A stretch of 64,000 bases of DNA, from NCBI GenBank assembly GCA_902521325.1, contig CABYRE010000002.1, positions 40,588 to 104,587 of the forward strand, given 5' to 3'. Positions 57,703-64,000 of this stretch are shown here, piece after piece. The notes beneath the pieces are model-generated. The model did not search any database. It was not told the origin of the DNA and saw nothing but the letters and a program-made list of their open reading frames with translations. Each line of letters begins with the position of its first letter. Positions within the stretch are counted from its first letter, which is position 1. A program made the position numbers and the translations under genes. The stretch comes from an uncultured Alphaproteobacteria bacterium (GTDB lineage: Bacteria; Pseudomonadota; Alphaproteobacteria; HIMB59; GCA-002718135).

Positions 57703-59572
57703 AGACATGGACAATAAATTTGATGTAATTGTAATTGGTGGGGGGCATGCAGGCGTAGAAGCAGCATGCTCATCCGCAAGAAATGGATCAAAAACAGCTT
57801 TAATTACTCATAAAATTGATAAAATAGGAGAAATGTCATGCAATCCTGCAATTGGAGGTCTTGGAAAAGGACATCTTGTAAAGGAAATAGATGCTTTAGA
57901 TGGAATTATGGCCAAAGCTACAGACAGATCCTGTATACAATTTAGAATGTTAAACTCAAGCAGAGGTGCTGCTGTAAGAGGCCCAAGGGCACAAACAGAC
58001 CGTATTTTATATAAAAATGCCATAAATGAACTCATGTCTGAACAAAAAAATCTTCAAATTATTGAGGGATCAGTAGAAGATTTAATTGTTTCAAATAATC
58101 ATGTAAATGGTGTTGTTTTAAATGATAACAAAAAGATATCTTCCAAATCTGTAGTTTTAACTACAGGTACTTTCTTGCAGGGGGTAATAAGAATAGGATC
58201 TGAGAAGCAAGAAGCTGGAAGAGTTGGTGATAAACCCTCAATAAAGCTTGCAAAAAGGCTTAAAGAACTAAAGTTTTCAATAGGCAGATTGAAAACAGGA
58301 ACACCTCCAAGATTACTTAAAAAAACAATAAATTTCAATGACTTAGATGAACAACACCCAGATAAAAAACCTATTCCATTTTCTTTTATCAACAGAGATA
58401 TACACATTCCTCAAATATCTTGTTTTATTACTCATACTAATAAAAACACTCATGAAATAATCGCTCAGAACCTGAGCCTATCACCAATGTATTCGGGAGA
58501 AATACAATCAATGGGAGCTAGGTATTGCCCTTCTATTGAAGATAAAATTTATAAATTTAAAAATAAGTCATCACACCAGATATTTCTTGAGCCAGAAGGA
58601 TTAGATAGTGATTTAATATATCCAAATGGAATATCTTCTTCACTTCCAACTGAAATTCAAGAGCAATTTGTTAAAACAATTAAAGGTTTAGAGAACGTTA
58701 CAATTACACAACCCGCTTATGCAATTGAATATGATTTTGTTGATCCGCAAGAACTAACACATACACTTGAAACAAAAAAAATTAAAAATTTATTTTTTGC
58801 AGGACAGATAAACGGAACAACTGGATACGAAGAAGCTGCTGCTCAAGGTATAATGGCTGGAATAAATGCATCACTTAAAACAACATCTAATAAAGAATTT
58901 ATAATACCGAGGTCCTCTGGTTATATAGGTGTTTTGATAGATGATTTGGTTACAAAAGGAACAAAAGAGCCATATAGAATGTTTACATCAAGGTCTGAAT
59001 ATAGACTTTTACTTCGGGCTGATAATGCAGATTTAAGACTTACACCGCTTGGAATTGATATCGGTTGTGTTGATATGGACAGGCAAAGAGAATTTGAACA
59101 AAAATCCAGAAGGATCAAAGAGGGGTTTAAGTTTGTTAAAAATCACAAATTCTCACCAGACGCACTTCTCAAAAAGGGGATAAAAATAAACAAAGACGGA
59201 AAGAAAAGAAATATCATAGATCTTTTGTCGTTTTCTAATATTACAACCGCTAAGCTCAAAAAAATACTTCCTGAATTAACTGAATTAGAAGATGATGTAA
59301 TTGAACAAATCGAAATTGAAGCTAAATATGCAGGCTATCTTGATAGACAAAGAATGGACATACAAGATTTTGAAAAAGAAGAAAATTTAAAAATTCCTAA
59401 ATCTACCAACTATAAATTAGTTGGAAGTTTGTCTAATGAGATAGTTGAAAAATTATCAAAAATTAAACCACCCACACTTGGTGCAGCCTCAAGAATATCA
59501 GGTGTAACACCAGCAGCCACCATAGCCCTGCTCAGATACATTAAAAAAAATAAAAATAAAAAAGCAGCATAA
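57695..59572 (+). CDS. mnmG: tRNA uridine 5-carboxymethylaminomethyl modification enzyme MnmG (GidA).
   Basis: FAD motif [14 protein letters not shown], 625 aa. The track start GTG at 57695 lies inside the parS-like palindrome, and ATG at 57707 is an equally plausible start. Confidence 0.92.
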   Translation: MKRDMDNKFDVIVIGGGHAGVEAACSSARNGSKTALITHKIDKIGEMSCNPAIGGLGKGHLVKEIDALDGIMAKATDRSCIQFRMLNSSRGAAVRGPRAQTDRILYKNAINELMSEQKNLQIIEGSVEDLIVSNNHVNGVVLNDNKKISSKSVVLTTGTFLQGVIRIGSEKQEAGRVGDKPSIKLAKRLKELKFSIGRLKTGTPPRLLKKTINFNDLDEQHPDKKPIPFSFINRDIHIPQISCFITHTNKNTHEIIAQNLSLSPMYSGEIQSMGARYCPSIEDKIYKFKNKSSHQIFLEPEGLDSDLIYPNGISSSLPTEIQEQFVKTIKGLENVTITQPAYAIEYDFVDPQELTHTLETKKIKNLFFAGQINGTTGYEEAAAQGIMAGINASLKTTSNKEFIIPRSSGYIGVLIDDLVTKGTKEPYRMFTSRSEYRLLLRADNADLRLTPLGIDIGCVDMDRQREFEQKSRRIKEGFKFVKNHKFSPDALLKKGIKINKDGKKRNIIDLLSFSNITTAKLKKILPELTELEDDVIEQIEIEAKYAGYLDRQRMDIQDFEKEENLKIPKSTNYKLVGSLSNEIVEKLSKIKPPTLGAASRISGVTPAATIALLRYIKKNKNKKAA

Positions 59573-59573
59573 T

Positions 59574-60179
59574 TTGGATAAAAGCTCAGTAATAAAAAAA
59601 TATAATCTCAGTGGAAAGCAAATAGATTTAATAGATAACTACATATTGAAGTTAAAAAAAAGCAACCAAATACACAATTTAGTTGGGCCTTCCACAATTG
59701 ATATTGCATGGGATAGACATATTAATGATTCATTGCAACTATCTGAATTTATTTCGAAAAAAAACGCATCAATAATAGATTTTGGCACTGGTGCAGGTTT
59801 ACCTGGGGTGATCTTATATATTTTTGGGTATACAAATATATTATTGATTGACTCTAAAATGAAAAAAATAAACTTTATTAAAGAATTCGCACATGAACAG
59901 AACTTAGAGATTAAAACTATTTGCACAAGGGTTGAGAAAATCAAAAATCAAAAATTTGATTTTATTATCTGCCGAGCTTTTGCTCCATTATTAAAACTAT
60001 TAGATTATTCACGTTTTTTTAATAAAAAAAATACATCACTGCTTTTTCTAAAAGGAAGAAGTGTTAAGAAAGAAATACATGATGCAAAAAAATCCTTTAA
60101 CCTTGAATACAAACTTTATCCAAGTCAAAGTGAGGGTGATGGGTATGTGTTAAAAATAAACAAATATAAAAAACTGTGA
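59574..60179 (+). CDS. rsmG: 16S rRNA (guanine527-N7)-methyltransferase RsmG (GidB).
   Basis: TTG start. Contains DFGTGAGLPG, plus synteny. Confidence 0.85.
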   Translation: MDKSSVIKKYNLSGKQIDLIDNYILKLKKSNQIHNLVGPSTIDIAWDRHINDSLQLSEFISKKNASIIDFGTGAGLPGVILYIFGYTNILLIDSKMKKINFIKEFAHEQNLEIKTICTRVEKIKNQKFDFIICRAFAPLLKLLDYSRFFNKKNTSLLFLKGRSVKKEIHDAKKSFNLEYKLYPSQSEGDGYVLKINKYKKL

Positions 60180-60949
60180 AAAAAATTATCTCTATATCCA
60201 ACCAAAAAGGTGGTGTTGGTAAAACAACAACCACAATAAACCTAGCCACTTCATTAGCTGCGGTGAAAAAAAATGTTTTAATTGTGGACGCCGATCCACA
60301 AGGTAATGCGAGTACAGGACTAGGGCTTTCTTATGATGAAAGAAAACCATCAATTTATGAAATGATTCATGAAAAGAAACTTTTAAAAGAAGGTATAAAA
60401 GAAACATTAATTCCTGGTCTTAAGATAATTGGAGCAAACACAGATTTAGCTGCAGCAGAAGTAGAGCTTACAAATTTTGAAAATAGAGAGTACATCTTTA
60501 AATCAATATTTGCAGAGATTAATAATTTTGATTTTATTTTTGTAGATTGTCCACCTGCGCTTGGTTTACTTACAATTAATTCACTAGTAGCTTCAGACAC
60601 CACACTAATTCCTCTTCAATCTGAGTTTTTTGCTCTTGAAGGTCTTTCAGCCTTAATGCAAACGATCAAACTAATTCAACAAAACTTTAATAAAGATTTA
60701 AAAATTGAAGGAATTTTATTAACAATGTTAGACAAAAGAAATTCACTAAGCTCTTTAGTTGAGAAAGACGTAAGGGAACATTTTGGAAACCAAGTATACA
60801 ACACAACTATTCCCAGAAATGTTAAAATATCTGAGGCTCCAAGCCATGGCAAACCAGCATTGGTATACGATACACAAGCCGCAGGCTCTTTGGCTTACAT
60901 TGAGCTTGCAAAAGAAGTAATTTTAAATCAGAATAAAAACTATGAATAA
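60176..60949 (+). CDS. parA: Chromosome partitioning ATPase ParA.
   Basis: Deviant Walker A NQKGGVGKTTT. GTG start overlapping the rsmG stop (GTGA). Confidence 0.92.
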   Translation: MKKIISISNQKGGVGKTTTTINLATSLAAVKKNVLIVDADPQGNASTGLGLSYDERKPSIYEMIHEKKLLKEGIKETLIPGLKIIGANTDLAAAEVELTNFENREYIFKSIFAEINNFDFIFVDCPPALGLLTINSLVASDTTLIPLQSEFFALEGLSALMQTIKLIQQNFNKDLKIEGILLTMLDKRNSLSSLVEKDVREHFGNQVYNTTIPRNVKISEAPSHGKPALVYDTQAAGSLAYIELAKEVILNQNKNYE

Positions 60950-61781
60950 AGATAACAAATTAGGAATGGGCTTAGGAGCTCTTCTATCAAGCACAAATAA
61001 TAACACTGATAGCAACAGTGGAATTCAAAAAATTAATATATCTCAAATAATTCCCAACCCCTCTCAACCAAGAAAAAATTTTAAAGATGAAGAACTTAAA
61101 GAGCTTTCTTCATCAATTAAAAACCAAGGATTGATTCAACCCATAATTATAAAACCAATAAAAGACGGTCAATATCAGATTATTGCTGGGGAAAGAAGGT
61201 GGAGAGCTTGTCAATTAAATGGAATGCATGAAGTAGAATGTGTTATTAAAAATTTAGATGACACCAATGTGTTAGAGGCCGCTTTAATTGAAAACATTCA
61301 AAGAGAGGACCTAAATGTTATTGAGGAGGCCAATGCCTACAAAGGATTAATTGATATTAAAGGCATTAACAATGAAAATCTTGCTAAACTAATTGGTAAA
61401 AGCCCAAGTCATGTTTCAAATATTCTACGCCTTTTAGAGCTTGATATAAAAATACAACAAATGGTAATAAGTGGTGACTTATCAATGGGTCATGCGAGAG
61501 CTCTTATCGGTGTGCCTGATGCTATTAATAAGGCCAAAGAAATAATTGATAAAAAACTTAGCGTAAGACAGATAGAAAAAATAACATCTGAATTTAAAAA
61601 AAATAGAACTAAAAAAATTTCAAAAGACCCAAATATAACTGATCTTGAAAAGGAGCTTTCAGACAAAATAGGTCTAAAAACATCCATCCAATTTAATGAA
61701 AATGGATCATCTGGCTCACTAACTCTTTATTACTCTGATTTAAATCAATTAGATGATTTAATGAAAAGGCTTAAGAAATAG
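60942..61781 (+). CDS. parB: Chromosome partitioning protein ParB.
   Basis: Contains QPRK.F, IIAGERRWRA and the HTH region. Confidence 0.92.
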   Translation: MNKDNKLGMGLGALLSSTNNNTDSNSGIQKINISQIIPNPSQPRKNFKDEELKELSSSIKNQGLIQPIIIKPIKDGQYQIIAGERRWRACQLNGMHEVECVIKNLDDTNVLEAALIENIQREDLNVIEEANAYKGLIDIKGINNENLAKLIGKSPSHVSNILRLLELDIKIQQMVISGDLSMGHARALIGVPDAINKAKEIIDKKLSVRQIEKITSEFKKNRTKKISKDPNITDLEKELSDKIGLKTSIQFNENGSSGSLTLYYSDLNQLDDLMKRLKK

Positions 61782-62709
61782 TAATTTTTTTAATATTCAA
61801 AAGAAAACGAAGACCAACAACCAAAGATAAGCCGCTTTCTTTTCTTAAAATACTTTCTGTTGACGAAAGCAATTTTAAAAGCATTTTTTTCTTTTTAGAA
61901 TTATATTTTCTATAAATATCAATTAAATAATTTTTTTCTTTAAATAGATATATTGGAATTTTTTTTTTATATTCATCCTCACTATTACAATCTATGATAA
62001 GCTGGCAGAAAAATTTACTATAATAATAAAGTTCGTTTACATCTGAGTTATTTATAATTTTATCTCTATAAAGCCCAATAATTTCCTTATTTTTTTGAAG
62101 TAAATTGAAGAAAATTCTTTCTTTACCAGATTCATCAACAGTCAATATTTTCTTAATTTTATCCAATGTTATGTCTTGTTTGTTTAATTCAAGTACTTTA
62201 ATTAAATTTTTTTCAAAGAAAATATATTTACTATCTAATTTATCAATCAAAAACCAATAAACATCTTGCGAGATCTCTAATTTATTTACTCTTAAAAATT
62301 CATTTAAAATTTTTATTTTTGAATCTTTGTCTAACTCATAGCAATCAATTAAATAAGAATCTTTATCAACGCTAAATAAATTTTTTATCTTTTTAATTTT
62401 CTGTGAATTTTCCTGTAAAAAAATAAAATGATTTTCTGATAATCTTAAATTATCTAAAGACTCTTTATCTATTTCTTTATTACCATTCACAATGTATATG
62501 TTTTTATCTCCAAAAAGCCCAACTTCATCAACAAAATCACTAATTGTTTCTATATTTTTTACTTGAACATTTTCTTTTTTTTTAAAACCTTCAACAATTA
62601 TTTTTTTTATTTTTTCCATAAGTGTTTTTTCATTACCACTTATAAAATAAAATTTTTTATTTAAAACCGATGCTTGGTTTATAAGTATGTTCAATGAATT
62701 GATTTTCAT
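61771..62709 (-). CDS. holA: DNA polymerase III delta subunit.
   Basis: 312 aa. Called mainly from the conserved leuS-lptE-holA order and from size. Sequence motifs are weak in this AT-rich ortholog. Confidence 0.65.
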   Translation of the reverse strand: MKINSLNILINQASVLNKKFYFISGNEKTLMEKIKKIIVEGFKKKENVQVKNIETISDFVDEVGLFGDKNIYIVNGNKEIDKESLDNLRLSENHFIFLQENSQKIKKIKNLFSVDKDSYLIDCYELDKDSKIKILNEFLRVNKLEISQDVYWFLIDKLDSKYIFFEKNLIKVLELNKQDITLDKIKKILTVDESGKERIFFNLLQKNKEIIGLYRDKIINNSDVNELYYYSKFFCQLIIDCNSEDEYKKKIPIYLFKEKNYLIDIYRKYNSKKKKMLLKLLSSTESILRKESGLSLVVGLRFLLNIKKITIS

Positions 62710-63194
62710 GAACAGCTATTTAAATCTCTATCAATTATTATAGAAACAAATCGATTTAAATTTTCAGTTACAGCCAATTGATATTTTTTTTCTAAAGATG
62801 AGTCAGTACCATAATTATAACCAGAAGACTTAGGAATTATAGAAAAATGAGATACCAATTCTTTATCAAAGGTTACACAATTTTTTTCATTTAAGACTAA
62901 TATATAAATAAATTTGAGCTCATATCTTAATTTTGACGTAGCCTGATTTGTTTCTACAGACCTTTTTATTTTATTTTGTTCAACTTCGATTGATAGACTA
63001 AAACGACCTTCTTTTTTGTTGCCAAAAAACATTGGAAGGTATGAGTTCATAAAAGTTATATCTAAACCGGAGGTACTAACTTCTGTTCTCTCATACAAAG
63101 GATTTATAAGATTTTTATCTTCTTTATAAATGAAATCGATATCACCACAGGATATAATAAAAGTAAATATAGTGACGAAAAATAACTTTTTCAT
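62706..63194 (-). CDS. lptE: LPS-assembly lipoprotein LptE.
   Basis: Lipobox IISC, 162 aa, positioned between leuS and holA. Confidence 0.65.
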   Translation of the reverse strand: MKKLFFVTIFTFIISCGDIDFIYKEDKNLINPLYERTEVSTSGLDITFMNSYLPMFFGNKKEGRFSLSIEVEQNKIKRSVETNQATSKLRYELKFIYILVLNEKNCVTFDKELVSHFSIIPKSSGYNYGTDSSLEKKYQLAVTENLNRFVSIIIDRDLNSCS

Positions 63195-64000
63195 TTAATA
63201 ACCAAATTTACAATTTTACCAGGAACATAGATCTTTCGCACAATATTTTTACCTAATAAATTTTTTTTAATTTTATCATTAAGCATAACGATTTCTAAAA
63301 CTTTTTCTTTAGAAAACCCATCATCAATATCAATTATTTCTTTTGTTTTACCATTTATTTGTATGGCAATTTTTATTTCTGATTTTCTTATCACATCTTC
63401 TAAGAGCCAAGTTTCATTAATACATAATGTTTGATTTCCAAGACTTGACCATATTTCCTCACTTATATGAGGCACAAATGGCTGTAGTATAATTGATAAT
63501 TTTTCCAGAGACCATTTAAAGTTTTCTTTTGACAATTTATTTTTTAACAATGCATCATTGAGAATATTTACAAATTCATAAATTTTTGCAACTGATTTAT
63601 TAAATTGAAATGCTTCTATGTTTTCTGTCACCTCATTAATAATAATTTTTAATTCATTAATATCTTTAGGATTTTCACCATTATTTGATTGATGATTTTT
63701 AAATTTCTCAACCAATTCATATAATCTATTAATGAACTTAAATGATGCAGCTATACCAGTATCAGTCCATTGCAAATCTCTTTCTGGCGGACTATCAGAT
63801 AACATAAACCATCTAGCAGTATCTGCCCCATATGAACTAATAATATCATTTGGATCAACAACATTTTTTTTAGACTTGCTCATTTTTTCAATTTTTCCAG
63901 TTCTAACTTCTTGACCATTATTATCTTTAAAGGCACCATTTACTATTTCAACATCCTTTGGTTCTATCCAATCTCCATTTTTATTCTTGTAAGTAATGTG
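63191..64000 (-). CDS. leuS: Leucine--tRNA ligase, C-terminal part (gene continues beyond the window end).
   Basis: The frame stays open from 64000. The track Met at 63883 is the M of the class I KMSKS motif (...GKIEKMSKSKKNVVDP). The C-terminal anticodon-binding region follows. Confidence 0.88.
   Translation of the reverse strand, partial: HITYKNKNGDWIEPKDVEIVNGAFKDNNGQEVRTGKIEKMSKSKKNVVDPNDIISSYGADTARWFMLSDSPPERDLQWTDTGIAASFKFINRLYELVEKFKNHQSNNGENPKDINELKIIINEVTENIEAFQFNKSVAKIYEFVNILNDALLKNKLSKENFKWSLEKLSIILQPFVPHISEEIWSSLGNQTLCINETWLLEDVIRKSEIKIAIQINGKTKEIIDIDDGFSKEKVLEIVMLNDKIKKNLLGKNIVRKIYVPGKIVNLVIK

Overview
This is a 64-kb piece of a very AT-rich (about 30% G+C by eye), extremely gene-dense alphaproteobacterial chromosome. 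Tiny or overlapping spacers, Lys/Ile/Asn-rich proteins and the gene order point to Pelagibacterales (SAR11) or a similarly streamlined marine lineage; this is inference from the sequence, with no database search. I call about 70 protein genes. I saw no rRNA or tRNA genes, no transposase, integrase or IS elements, and no CRISPR array. From left to right the window holds: (1) a truncated secreted-protein gene with a long structured leader; (2) a small heat-shock gene; (3) a tight minus-strand run of DUF1800, DUF1501, cdd, PNP, deoA and an O-methyltransferase; (4) a lone TrpF-like gene next to a complete pabB-pabA-pabC-folP-folB-folK operon; (5) cysS-thrS-hemB-hisI-ribA-cupin; (6) katG with two small unknown genes; (7) a BMP-type nucleoside ABC transporter plus upp; (8) pyc, dapB and the dnaJ-dnaK-grpE-hrcA block; (9) rph-rdgB and an LpoA-like/rsmI/BON trio; (10) hisB-hisH-GNAT-hisA-hisF-hisE-HIT; (11) hslVU; (12) a double-PAP2, GT-C glycosyltransferase and DUF3108 cluster; (13) smr, a GH24 lysozyme, Tim44-like, dnaQ-coaE-aroE-maf; (14) a 422-bp spacer; (15) rho-mnmE-mnmG-rsmG-parA-parB, and then holA-lptE-leuS. 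Most of this is core housekeeping, and I found no obvious defence island or mobile element. The items most worth a second look are: (a) the maf-rho spacer as the probable replication origin, with two parS-like palindromes 2.4-2.6 kb away; (b) a GC-enriched multi-helix RNA-like leader in the 462-bp spacer at 654-1115 that matches no riboswitch class I know; (c) DUF1800/DUF1501, a Tat-exported alkaline-phosphatase-superfamily pair of unknown function, apparently co-operonic with nucleoside catabolism; (d) a fused double-PAP2 phosphatase, ArnT-like GT-C and DUF3108 module that may remodel lipid A; (e) a divergent TrpF paralog beside the folate operon, with a stand-alone ribA in the same window; (f) three sigma-32-type promoters sharing N14 spacing, plus a ROSE-like thermometer hairpin. 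All functional calls rest on motifs I read in the translations and on remembered synteny. No search was run.
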